A stretch of 63,821 nucleotides of DNA, counting the filler, from Hyphochytrium catenoides (Eukaryota > Protista > Hyphochytriomycota): the NCBI GenBank assembly GCA_900088475.1. It is 19 parts of 19 records of this genome, joined end to end, with 100 filler letters (N's around TTAATTAATTAA, not from the genome) between each part and the next. Parts side by side here need not be neighbours in the genome. Positions count along the whole stretch, not along the records: positions 8,500 to 16,814 come from FLMG01002646.1; positions 16,915 to 21,373 come from FLMG01003300.1; positions 21,474 to 24,206 come from FLMG01002990.1; positions 24,307 to 27,973 come from FLMG01002961.1; 15 more parts are not named here. The stretch is one strand, 5' to 3'. The notes below the pieces were generated by a model. It was not told the origin of the DNA, did no database searches, and was given only the letters and a program-made list of their open reading frames with translations. Position numbers and translations under genes: made by a program. Positions 12,215-24,760 of this stretch are shown here, in pieces (positions within the stretch are counted from its first letter, which is position 1; every line of letters begins with the position of its first letter).

Positions 12215-15200
12215 CTATTGAGCCTCCACCACGCCGGGCACCGCGAGAAACGTATAGACATTGCCAGTCCTATGGACAGGAGAGAGACGGTGTCTCGCTC
12301 TTCTCCTGGTGAGGATGAGCTCTCGGATGTCCTCCAAGAGTATTCGGTTGATCTGATGGAAGGAGTGGCGCAAGCTATGGATGTTCCCGTCTAACCAGGT
12401 GGTGTCCAGCACGTCCAGGTCTAAGTATTTCTTATGGAGGAGCGGAGAAGAGTAAGAAGACGCAGAAGAGCTCTTTCTCTCTCTCTCTCCTCGTATCCGT
12501 CTCTTCTGCTTCTTCTTCTTTGTTCTTCTCTCGTAGCCGTACACTGTCTCATCTTCTCTTCCTGATATGCTTGGACCTGCGATCACGCCAGCGATAGCGT
12601 CCTCACAGACAGTGACGCCTTCTTCAATAAGATAAGCATTGATCTCTTCTATCCGGGTGCTTCTCTTTGCTTTGTCTCTCTCTTCTCTCCCTTCCAGACG
12701 GTATATATCATAGAGTCTCCTCCCGAGAGAGAGCTCTTTCTTTCCTCGGTTTGTCACGAGGGAGAACGTCTCACTGCCGGAGAGAGCCCCGTCATTTGTG
12801 TCGCCATATATGGAGATGCGATCGCAGTATCGCCACAGAACGTCATAGTCTTGCTCTATGAACTTCTCTTTCTCATAGTCAGGATTTAGAAAGGTCAACG
12901 TCTCCAGCCGAAGAGAGGAAGAGAATGAAGAATGCCCTCCTTCATCATCTTCCTCCTCTTTTTCTCTTTCCAATTTGAAGCCTGTCTCGCGGTCTTCTCT
13001 TCTTCTGGGAGTTGGGACGGCGCGCTCAGTCAGCACTTCAGCCAGAGCCTCTGTCGCATTAAAAAGAACACGAGCTCCCCTGTAGAGAAAAAGAGGGCCG
13101 GAGAGACAGAGAAAAAGAGAGAGAGAAGGTTAGGAGCTTTGGAAGAAGAGAGACGAAGAGAGAGAGAGAGATGACAAGAACCGAAGCGTCAAGAAAGAAC
13201 CAGAGTCAAAGGCTCACGGTACAAGTGGCAAAGAGTAGCAGAAAAGGAGCTGAGAAAGGGGACTAGTGGAGGACAGTGATGGAGGTGCAAGAGTCTATAT
13301 CAGGGAGAGAGTAAGCGCGACAGAAGTAGCGATCTACTGGGACGAAGGAAAAATCTTAGGAATCGAAGAAAAGCAAGCGGATCGGTGAGACGTAAAGTGT
13401 GAAGCAGGGACGAGACAGATGCAAGAGAAAGAACCGGAGAGAGAGTCAACCGAGACAGAGCGAGAGAGAGAGAGATGTGAAGAGAGCTAAGACAAAGAGC
13501 TTACATGCTGTGCGTCATGACATGCACCGTTGTAAAGCCTGCCTCCTTGACGGAGGCCAAGAGAGAGATAAAGTCTCTCCTCATCCTCTCGCTCTCTGCT
13601 GCTCTCCTCGCCCAGGTGTAAGTGAGAGAGGACCCTCCTCCTGGCCAGCTGAACATGATGGGAATAATGTTCGGCGGATAGTCTGCTAGCGCCATCATCT
13701 GCGCCAAGCGGCCCGCGGCACTGTTAACGCCTACGTTATAGCCGGGAATAAAGAGAAGGGCTTCCATTAGGGCGCGAGACCGAGGTCTCCAGCCCTTGAG
13801 ATGAAGTCTTGGCTGGAGCCGACGAATCTTCTTGGCAGCTTCTCTACAAGCGTGCGGATAGTTCTCTCTTTCTTGGGCTTTCTTTCTCCTACTTTCTTCC
13901 TCGTCTGATGTACGAGGTGATCGGTTTCTTCGTTGTTCTTTGACTTTAGGAATGGCTCCCTTCTTGTCTCCAGCTTCCTGTTCCACTTCTTTCTCTTCAT
14001 CATGAGGATCAGGAGAGGAGATACTGGCAGGATGTTTACTTCTTGTTTCTGGAAGGCAGCGCCGTCTGTTCCTAAGGTGGCTGTTCTCACTTGTTTGGCG
14101 AAGAAAGAGAGGGAGATCTTCATCTTCCTGGTAGTTTGCTGCGTCATTTCCTCTCTCTCTTGGCTCTCGTGCCCTTGTTTGGTCCAATAGTTCCTTAGGT
14201 GACTTTAGTCCTGCCACGTCTTCTCCTCCCTCTTGGTTTTCGTCATCTCTTTGGTCTTCGACGGTTATAAAAGGAGAGAACCCACGGTCATCCTCCTCTC
14301 CCTCATCCTCTTTCCTGATTCTCTTTCTTCTTCGTCTCTCTGCCACTCTTTCTTCTTCTCTTTTCTCCGGGGAAGGCTTAGCAACAATCTCTAGGCAAAA
14401 GCTCGTTGTTGCTTCCTCTGTCAGCGGGTCAAAGCCCGGAACAAAGAGCCGGTGCTGCCGATGATCCACCTGCACCTGCAGAATCTCTATCTCTTTCTGT
14501 CTCACTTCATAGTCTACAGGAGTAACAGCATGCTCTAGAGCCCAGGCCACACTCTTTCCTTTCTCTCCTCCTCTCTCTCCTCCGAGGACATACGAGACGT
14601 CAGGTAAGAACTTGAAGAACTGCCCAGCAACAGAGACTTCAACGCTGGCGACACCGTAGAGAAGCCCTTCGTCTTCCGGGAGAAAGACCGGGAAGAGATG
14701 TCCTGTCTTTTCAGGAGGATCTCTTCTGTTGTGCGCTACAATGACTCGCAAAGCTTGAAAGACGTAGCCAGTCCCAAACTCTCTGCTCTGGAAGGGAGCC
14801 ACCGGGACGCCGTGGTGCCACCATCCTCTAAGAACTTCCCCATGATAGCTGCTCTCTTCCCACTGTCCAAAGCCGTGGGGTCTTCCCTCTCTGTCTACTC
14901 CTCCCACGTAGGTCACGAGTCTTCTCTCTTTGAAACCCAGCCAAGCCCTAGAAACGTACGTCAACTCATTGGGAAAGCGTCCTCGAGAAAGAGAGAACCA
15001 CCAAGAGAGAGAGAGGCGGTGAGTTCTCAGTGCGTAGGGGTAGAAAGAGTGAGTGAGGAAGTAGATTAAGATGGTCAGCCCTTCCAAGGCTCCCAGGATG
15101 CCCCAGGTGATGTCTCGAACAAGCTTATAGTCCTTGGGAGAGAGACTCTCGCCTCTCTCGATCGCAACGGCGTCATCGTAGTAGAAAAGACCCTGGAGTT

Positions 15201-16169
15201 GCTCTGTGTAGAGAAGCATGCAGACCCATGCCATAGCAAACCTGCAAGTAGATCAGAGAGAGAGGACAGAGAGGCAAGCAGATACAGAGAAACAGCGCAG
15301 AGGAGAGAAAGCGAGGGGACAAAGGAAGAGAGAGAGGCACAGAGTCAGAGAGACAGCGAGACAGCGCGAGAGATGACAGCGAGAAAGAAAGAGCAAAGCT
15401 TGGTCAAAGGGCTAAAAGGTTACGAGAAATGATAAGAAGAAGAGAAACATGTAGAGAGCAAGGAAATTGGCGGTAACGTGACTAGGAAGAGAGTGAGGAC
15501 AAAGGAGGAGAAGCTGAGACCAGGAGAGAAAAGAGAGAAGGCGGGGAAGAGGGAGACGCTAACTCACCAGTAGAGGCACCAGCGGATTACCAAGGCATAG
15601 CGGACATAGAGATAGATGAAGATCAGACAGCAGACGACAAAGATCGCCGCCTTAATGACTGAGCTGTGTGCCCTTCCCAAGCCTGTCAGATCGGAAGGAA
15701 TCCCTGTCTCTGAGGTGGTCTCCCTGGTATAGATAATGCCGCCGACCAGCGCCGCCAGAAAGGAGAAGAGAAGGACGTAAGAGAGAGAGCGGGTCATCCA
15801 GCTGTACTTCTTATAGGTTCCCATGTAACGCCGCTTGGTGCGCCGGTTCTGCATGTACCCGAAGGTTTTCTCATAGTTCCACTGCAGCTTGAGAGGCCCA
15901 TAGCCCTCACCTGTGGACGCTGCTTCTGGCGGGGAAGAGAGAGAGAGAGCTGTCATTTCCCCTTTCTCTCCCGCGCTCTCGTCTCTCTCTTGTCCGTCTC
16001 TCTCCTTTCTTTCTTGACTATCGTCTCTTCGTGTCTCTAAGCTCTCTGAGATGGTCCGTTCTTCGCTGTGGCTGAGATAAGGCGCTTCGCCTCCCTCCAA
16101 GTCAACGCTTTCCTCTCTCTCCTCCTTCGTTGAAGGCTTCAGAGAGGGGACTGAGAAATCCTCATGCAT
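12215..16169 (-). CDS. Multi-pass membrane protein with MORN-like segment and DUF900-type alpha/beta hydrolase, 1067 aa (exons 16169-15568, 15241-13505, 13079-12215)
   Basis: Two phase-consistent GT-AG introns; splicing rebuilds the nucleophile elbow THSM-GAR. Also LLFIPGYN, PIMFSWPGG, YVGGVDREGRPHGFGQW, D-x-AL-xx-S, RHSF, and about 4 N-terminal hydrophobic segments. Confidence 0.88.
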
Positions 16170-17036
16170 TGCAGCTGCTGACAGGCCCAGAGAGGGGAAT
16201 TTGAAGATTGTGAGAGAAAGAAGAAGAGAGAGAGAAAAGAAGACCGCGAGATAGAGAGAGAGGTTAAGAGAGGTTAACCAAGCCAAATAATGCACTGACT
16301 CTAACGCCGGCTCAGCGGCAGCGGCAGCAGCAACATTGGAAAGCTGCTTGCCAGTCGTCGACGGAGGCGGACCAGGGAGAGGAAGGAGAGAAAAGAGAGA
16401 GAGAGAATAGTCTTGAGAAACGAGAGCACAAGCAAGAGATGAAGAAAGAGGAGGAAGTGCTTGGGCTGCAGGTGTGCCTGCACAAGGGAGTCTGATCCTC
16501 CTCTCTTCTCTTGTGGAGGCCAGAGGGTCAGCGGGCGATGGACAATCTTTTGATCCACATGCTACCGGTAGGAAAGAGGGTCTTTGTGATCTCTTCCGCC
16601 TTATCTTCTCTTTCTCTAAACTATTGCTCCATTGTCCTGCATCCTTCTCTCTCGTCTTCTTTTCTTGATACATTGGCGCCCACAAGGAGACGGTGGTGCT
16701 GGATGAAGACCGCGGATGGACAGAGTATCAAGAGTCGTGAGACAGGGAGAGAGAAGAGGGACAGAAGAGAGAGATGAAAGGAGTGGGGGGGAGAGAGGGG
16801 GGAGAGAGAGAGAGNNNNNNNNNNNNNNNNNNNNNNNNNNNNNNNNNNNNNNNNNNNNTTAATTAATTAANNNNNNNNNNNNNNNNNNNNNNNNNNNNNN
16901 NNNNNNNNNNNNNNGAGAGAGAGAAAAGAGAGAGAGAGTTTCGCCAGCCAAGCGGAAGGCCACTTTCTAAAGGCCGCAGAGGCGCAAAGAGAGAGAGAGA
17001 GAGACACTTGGGAGGAGAGAGAGGGAGCAGCAAGTC

Positions 17037-17326
17037 ATGGCTGAAGAAGCGAAAGAAGAGAAGATACAGCGAAAGGAACGCTCCTTTCTTATGCAGCTCT
17101 CTAAAGCAGAGGAGGATGAAGAGAAAGAAGAGAGAGAGGGACAGAGAGAGAGAGACAGAGAGGAAGACGAGGAGCTTGCATTGCATGAAAGTGATCTTGA
17201 TAGCTCGGATGAGGAGGTGGAGGACGTGCCACGGACTGGACAAACCTTTCGAGGGCTTCTCTCTCGACTCTTGCACCATGTAAGATCTCTCTCCTCTCTC
17301 TCACTCTTCTCTCTTTTCCTTTCTCC

Positions 17327-17359
<33 letters not shown>

Positions 17360-17578
17360 CCTCTTTCTCTCTCTCCATATTTGGTTTTTGGGCGTGTTTT
17401 GCTTCTTCTATAACTCACGTTCTCTGTCCGATCTCTCATTCTCTCTTCCTTTGTCTCTTTAGTATCTCTCTTTTCCCTCTCTCTCTTTCCCCATTTCTCT
17501 CTCTCTCTCTCTCTCTTCCCCTCTTCCTGCCTCTCTATTCTCTCTCTCTCTGTTTCTCTTCGTCTAAACACCCCCGCC

Positions 17579-17630
<52 letters not shown>

Positions 17631-17639
17631 NNNNNNNNN

Positions 17640-17692
<53 letters not shown>

Positions 17693-18162
17693 CTCTCCTC
17701 TGCTCTATTCCTTGAATGGGCGCAACGCTTGTACAGCTGTTTTCTCTTCTCTGCCTTTCTGAAAGATAAAGTCTCTCTCTTCATGACTCTGGGTAACTCT
17801 GTCTTTCGTGTTCCTCTCTCTCTCTGTTCATCTGCTCCTCTCCTGCCGGTTATCTTCCTTCTTCTGAGGCTCTCTCTCTCTCTCTCCCTCTCTCTCTGTC
17901 TCGTCTCTCTCCTCTGCTCCCATCGACACTGATGGGTTCACTCTTCCTCGTCGACTCTCCCCTTGCCAATGTCGTGATCTCTCTCTCGAACTTGCCGCCC
18001 CCGTCCTCTTCTCATCTACTCATTTATTTTACCTCTCTCCATCTTTCTCTCTCTCTTCTCTCTCTTCTCTCTCTCCCCGTCCCTCATTTTTAACTTCCAC
18101 TAAACTATTCTTTTCTGTCTCTGTCGTTCTTTCACCCTTACTCTCTTCTCCTTTATTATCCT

Positions 18163-18221
<59 letters not shown>

Positions 18222-19979
18222 ACCTTGTTCACTCTAACTCTCTCTTGACCTTGCCCAATCATTATACCGACTCTTTCTCCACGTCGCGGGTCTTCTCTTC
18301 TTCCGGAAAAAAGAGAGACGACGAGGGAGAGAGAAGTTCTCGCATCCTCTACCAGGGTTTTCTAAGGAAACAGCGCTCCTCTTCTTCGTCTTCTTCTCCC
18401 AAGTGGCGACGATGGTTCTTCATCCTGCAGATACTGGGAGAGGAAGAGAGAGAAAGAGAGAGAGAGATAGGGAGAGAACAACTAGTTCTCTCTTACTTTC
18501 ACCCGACGCAGAGAGAGAGAAAAGTGGGAGACATCTTTCTCTCTCGAGAACACTTCGTGAGGCAAAAACAATGGGATGACAAGCATCCTCATGGTATTCT
18601 CCTTCTCTCTCCGTCGGGAAGAGTCTCTCTCGATGCCACAGGAGAGAAGAGAGAAGGGAGAGAGAGAGAGAAAAGAGCGTCGAAAAAGGGAGACAGAGAT
18701 GAAGATCGTCTCTATTGTGAAGAATGGCTTCGACACTTGAGAGAAGCTCTCTCTCTTCTCTCTCCTCCTCTTCTCCCGGAAGCTGGCCGCTGGTCTTCGA
18801 CGGACATTCTCTCTCACGAAGAGAAGAGAAGAAAACAAGCGTGGAAGAGAAAAGTGTCTGTTTTCTCTCCCCCGCGCCAACGTAGCAAGTCGTTAGGGGA
18901 TCTGAGAAAAGGTTCCTCGTTTTGCTCCCCTTGCTCTTCCCTCTCTCTCTCTCTCTCTCNNNNNNNNNNNNNNNNNNNNNNNNNNNNNNNNNNNNNNNNN
19001 NNNNNNNNNNNNNNNNNNNNNNNNNNNNNNNNNNNNNNNNNNNNNNNNNNNNNNNNNNNNNNNNNNNNNNNNNNNNNNNNNNNNNNNNNNNNNNNNNNNN
19101 NNNNNNNNNNNNNNNNNNNNNNNNNNNNNNNNNNNNNNNNNNNNNNNNNNNNNNNNNNNNNNNNTCTCTCTCTCTCTCTCTCTCTCTTTCTTTCTCTTTG
19201 TATTTGTTCTCTTTCTCGCATCCATTCCTCGTGCTCTCTCTCCTCTCGACTTGCTCTCTCTTTCTCGGGTCTCTCTCGTTAGCTCTCTGACGTTACTCTC
19301 TCTCTCTCTCTTTCTTCTCTTCTGTGAACTAGGAGACGAGTCAGACGTAAGTTCTCCCCTTGTGCCCTCAAGANNNNNNNNNNNNNNNNNNNNNNNNNNN
19401 NNNNNNNNNNNNNNNNNNNNNNNNNNNNNNNNNNNNNTCTCTCGCCTCCCTCTCTCTGTCTTCCTTCCCTCTTTGTCTTCCCCCTCCCTTTCTCCATCTG
19501 TTTTTCTTACTCTTTCCTCTCTTACTGATTCCTTCCTGTTGGTGCTCTCTTTTTGCTGTTCGATACCCTCTGCTTTCCTCTCTCTCTCTCTCTCTCTCGT
19601 TGTGTTTCTCTCTCGCTCTCTCTTTCTCTGTCTCTCTGAGAGCTAGCCTTTTGGCTTTTCTCAATAACTCTTCTCCTCCGTCGCATTTCTTTCATCTTCT
19701 CCTCTATGTTCGTCACACGCCCTTTCCTTTCTCGCTATTTGTCTCATTCTCTCTCTCTCTGTCGTCCTCTTTCTCTCTCTATATATATATAACCGTTTCG
19801 CTCTCTCTTTTGATCCCCCTCTCTCTCCCTCTCTCTCTCTCTCTCTTTCTACGGGAACACACTCTCCTACATGCGAATCCCCTAACCCTTTCTCTCTCTC
19901 CCTCTTCTACTCTCTGCCTCTCTATGTCTCTTTCTCTTTCTCCCTCTTTTATCTCCCTTCGACCGGATTGTCTCTTTCT

Positions 19980-20018
<39 letters not shown>

Positions 20019-20576
20019 AGACGACAGATTATTTAAAGATAGAGCTGGTGATGGATCGCTCTCTCTCTCAAAGAATGGACCGCCAGGCTCTTATTATCGC
20101 TGTCCATCCTCTGACCGAGGGAGAGAGAGGGAGAGAGAGACCACTTGTCACGGAGAGACAAAGAGAGGCAATAACGCACCAAGGAGCTGAAATAAGGAAA
20201 GAACATACGCTCTCTTCCTCCCATTTCTCTCCCTCTTTTTCTCTCAACTCTCTCCCTCTCTCTTCTCTAGTTCTTCCTGCAAGTGCTTGTTACCTGCCGA
20301 TCTCTATTTTGAGTCCGTGTGTCTCTCCTATTTCCGTCTTCTCTCTCTTCCTTCTTTGCCTTTCTCCCCTACTCTCGCTTTCACTTCCTCCCTGCCTCTC
20401 TCTCTCACTCTCCCTGCCTCTCTCTTTTGTTCTTTGTTTGCTATGTTCTCCCTCCTTTCCTTGCTCTCTCTCTGTCTCTCTCTCTCTCTCTCCGGCTTCC
20501 TATCTGTCAATTCACTTTCAAACTGACTTCATCCTGTCTCCCTATCCTTTTTTCTCTCTCTGTTCTGGTCTGTGTG

Positions 20577-20632
<56 letters not shown>

Positions 20633-20782
20633 GTCCTACAGAAACTTTTCTAAGCTTCTCCCTCTGCCTGAGATTTTCGACTCTCTTCGGTTCGAGGTTC
20701 TCCTGGTCTCCAAGCCTAAGACAGAGGAGATAAGACATCAAACCGCTATCGCCGCCAGAAGCATAACTTCAGGTACTTTTTG

Positions 20783-20846
<64 letters not shown>

Positions 20847-20977
20847 CCTCTCTCCTCTCTCTTTCTCTCCTCTTTTCCCTTGCTCTCCTACCTTTTTGGT
20901 GATTCTCTTTTATAAGGCCGATACCTCATTTCTTGCGCTGGTAACTTCGCTCTCTCTTTCTCGCTCTCTCTTTCTCG

Positions 20978-21009
<32 letters not shown>

Positions 21010-21144
21010 TCTTTGTCTCTCAACATTCTGCCGTCCGAGGCCTTTTCTCTCCAATTTTGGTCACCACAATTTAAGTCGTCTTGGGCATGTTGTCTCTTTC
21101 CTTCATGTGTCTGACTCCCACTTACTCTCTATGTCTCTCTCTCT

Positions 21145-21188
<44 letters not shown>

Positions 21189-21351
21189 TGCTCCAGAGTT
21201 GCTCTATCGCCACACTTCTTCCTCTGCGTTGCGCCTGGTTCTGGTTCCCTCTGAGGGAAAAATGGGCGGCCACGAGGTGGAGCTTTTAATAGAGAGATTC
21301 AGAGTCCCAGCCTCTCCCCCATGCCCGGAAGTCAAAATATACGCCTCACAG
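17037..21351 (+). CDS. PH-domain plus C2-like protein, 3' truncated (exons 17037-17279, 18314-18911, 19333-19346, 20021-20196, 20642-20772, 21197-21351)
   Basis: PH motifs YQGFLRKQ..KWRRWFFIL..LSYF..VGDIFL..EEWLRHLREAL. C2-like FSKLL..LRFEV..ELL. Phases are consistent, but one donor is GA and N gaps could hide exons. Confidence 0.75.
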
Positions 21352-23643
21352 GTCTCTCTCTCTTTTCCCCTTTNNNNNNNNNNNNNNNNNNNNNNNNNNN
21401 NNNNNNNNNNNNNNNNNTTAATTAATTAANNNNNNNNNNNNNNNNNNNNNNNNNNNNNNNNNNNNNNNNNNNNCTCTCTCTCTCTTTTCTTTTTCTCTCT
21501 CTCTCTCTCTCTCTCTCACTCTCGTTCTTTCTCTCCTTATTTGTTTTTTGTGGGGTAAACTTTACATTTCGAAATGGAAATTTCCAGATACTTCCACTTT
21601 TACCAGCCAACAACTAGCGATACAGCTGCGCTCAGCTACCACAACAGAGAGCAAAGCGAAATGATAATGATGATGCTCTCCTTCCCTGCTATTTTTAACA
21701 ATGATGATGTTATTATTGGAGTGGCAGCAGGGACTCTCTGCCGCCTCTCTCACTTGTCCATCCTTCTCCTCCTCCTCCATCCTGACAGATAGTAGAGAGC
21801 GACGAGAGAATATTCTTACTCTCCTTGTTGCCGAGTCAACCAAGATAACATGTTGAAAAGAAGAAAAACTCAAGCAAAACCTGGTTGATGAACCTCCTCC
21901 TCAGACGAACGAAGAAGTAAGCATCATGTTGAAAGTGGTGGTATGGTGGTGCTGGAGCAAGGAGGATGAGCAGAAGAGGAAAACCAGCAGAGGGGATAGT
22001 AGTAACTGTGGACCCATTATCCGGATAATGAAAAGGGAACCTCTTCTTTCGGTCGGGTAGCTAGTACTCCCAGCAGAATCTGGTTTATTGCACTGCTTGA
22101 TGAAGAAGAGATAGTGGCCTCCTCCGGAGGCCGTCAATATTATCCATGAATATAGCTTCATATCATGACTGCTGCTCAACCATCATCGTGACTCTTCTTC
22201 TGATCTTCCTTATTAACTAAACCCTTCCACCTCCCTCGTCACCTTGAGAGCACAGCTCAAAATCATCAATCATCCGGTTCCTAGCATTAAGAGAGAAAAT
22301 GCAAAGAACGACGACAACTAACCATAAAATAACTCTTCTAGCAGCGTAGGAAGTGTCGTAAGGTCGATACGACACAGTCTACTACTGTTCATCCCAGCAG
22401 GAGAAGAAAAACGCCGCAATCACCCACCACTCTCTTATTATTAGGGCAGAGACCATTCTTTTTACGATCGTCATCTTCCCTTGTTGCTTCTCGGTAAGGA
22501 TATGATAAGCTTGCATAATAATCCTGATGAGTATTCCTTATCCGTTGCGACGGGCGGCTGCTCAGCGGGCCAGCCTGGGGCTACAGAATTTGGAGGATCT
22601 CTTTTTTCTGTTATGAATATTTTTAACGAGATGCTGGGTGGAGAACCTTCTGGTAGATTCTGCCTATTAGTAGCCGTCTTTGTTGTCCTCTCATCAACCC
22701 TTCCCTCCTCCCTTGGTTTGTTTGAATCAAGGTGCTGGTGATGAATGAAAGCTAAGCTGGTTGTGACAGAGCAGCTGGTCACTATCTTCAGCATTGTATT
22801 ACCCACCACCGGTAGTTTATCACTCTTCTTCAAGCAATCACTCTCCCCCCCTACCCAGAGCAAGAAGCAGTAGTAGCGATCGAACAAGAAGAGTTGTAGA
22901 TAGGGTAAGGGTGCAGAGAAGAACATAGTACAATATTACCAAGAAGAGGAAACAGTACGTGAACAGCTACAAAGCGAAGAAGAAGAAGAACGCGAGAAGA
23001 AGAAATATTCAGTGCCATAGCCGCAAGATCATCATCAATTTTGCCAAGAACGGTTGTTTGCTTACTGTCCACGGTGTGGTTCGCATAATTGACAAGAACT
23101 CCTACTGTGGCCGGTAATTTTGGGGCTTTCTGTGTGAATTATGCAGGTCTGTTGGGGTTGCCTCAGCTCTAGAAGCCCATCGAAAACTTTACTTTCGGAG
23201 TTTTGCCTGGAGGAAGTCTGAAACGTGATTCCACATTGTCGCACACCGACCGGCAGTAATAATAATCACTTAGGACTTCAATTAGGATTATCAGATGCAT
23301 ACTATTACACTTGTCAAGTTTGACGGGATGGGTGGTGTTCCTAAAGTTTCGATGTGCCAGTCAAATTGTTCTACACTATTCCTCCAGTAATGCTCCGACA
23401 CCACCACCATCAGATAATATGGTAGCACCAAGGCGTGTGGGAAGCTTTTAACTTGAGTTTTGTATGGCGCTATTATTAGCTGTGGACATCACGCCACCAC
23501 CGCCTCACGCCTTTGGAGCTGCAGATTTTCTCGCACTCAGAAAACGATTTTCTTGGTGAAGACGCAGAGTCAACGATCCTCAAGCCCAAGCAGACAGCCT
23601 CAATAAAGTCGTACCTGTAAGACAGTCAAGAACAACCATAATC

Positions 23644-24060
23644 ATGGCCAGATCACGTAGAGCAGCACCCAGGGCGGCCCCCAAGCCTGCGGCTAAGCCT
23701 CCGGCACCCACTCGTCCGGCTCCTCCTCCCGCCGCCCCTCAGCAGGGCGGTGGCATGTTTTCTGGGCTAGGAAGAACCATTGCTGAGGGTATGGCCTTCG
23801 GTACCGGTAGCGCCATTGCTCACCGGGCTGTTGGAGCAGTTGCTAACTCCTTTAGCGGCAACGGAGACAAGCAGGTTGAGCAGCAGGCACCTTTAGTCGC
23901 TCAACAAGAAACCGTACAAGCTCCAATTGTCAACCCTTGTTTAAAGGATCAGAAGGCCTTTATGGACTGTCTAGTTAGCAACAACAACGACATCGGCGCT
24001 TGCCAGTTCTACTTTGACAATTTCAAGCAGTGCGAGCAGCAGTCACAGCAGTTTATTTAG
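23644..24060 (+). CDS. CHCHD2: Mitochondrial CHCHD2/CHCHD10/Mix17-family protein
   Basis: Arg/Ala/Pro-rich N-terminus, conserved GMAFGTGSAIAHRAV, twin CX9C motif; intronless. Confidence 0.95.
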   Translation: MARSRRAAPRAAPKPAAKPPAPTRPAPPPAAPQQGGGMFSGLGRTIAEGMAFGTGSAIAHRAVGAVANSFSGNGDKQVEQQAPLVAQQETVQAPIVNPCLKDQKAFMDCLVSNNNDIGACQFYFDNFKQCEQQSQQFI

Positions 24061-24610
24061 GTATATGAAGGCAAATTGTCAAGCCCAGGGACAGATGAAA
24101 GAAGGAAGCAGTCCGGCCGGTCAAGAAGAGTCTGTACATTTAACTGGAGGTGGCTCCTGCGGCGCCATTTCCCTCTCAATCTTGGGCTTTTCTGCTGGTT
24201 AAAGGTNNNNNNNNNNNNNNNNNNNNNNNNNNNNNNNNNNNNNNNNNNNNTTAATTAATTAANNNNNNNNNNNNNNNNNNNNNNNNNNNNNNNNNNNNNN
24301 NNNNNNAAATGGAGAGAAGCGATGGACCTGACTTTGGGGAGAGACTCTTCTGTCAGGGTATCGTCTGGAAGAATCTTTCACCAGCTTCGCTGTTTCCTAC
24401 TTCGTTTCTTTACTCAGCCTTGCTGACGCTCCATAGACCATGGCTCCGTAGATCAATTAGCGTATCCGGCTTTCTTCTCTCTCTCTCTCTCTCTCTCTGC
24501 CTCTCGTCTCTCTCCCTCTTTTGCTGTTGTCCACCGTCTCTTTGTCACTGTGCCTATTTCAGCGTCTTTAGCTGCCGTTTCGGTTAAGGCACCATCGCTG
24601 TCATGTCACT

Positions 24611-24652
<42 letters not shown>

Positions 24653-24760
24653 TTCTCTTCCGCCTCATAATATCTCTCTCTGTCTTTTTTCCTTGTCTCT
24701 TCATTTACCTCCTCATATGCTTACGACATGTGCCCACGTTCTCTCTCTTCGTGTTTTCAG

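Noticed and set aside
15564-16685. 373-aa ORF start at 16685
   Set aside because: The upstream part is CT-repeat-derived low complexity. ATG 16169 is the more plausible start, though unproven.
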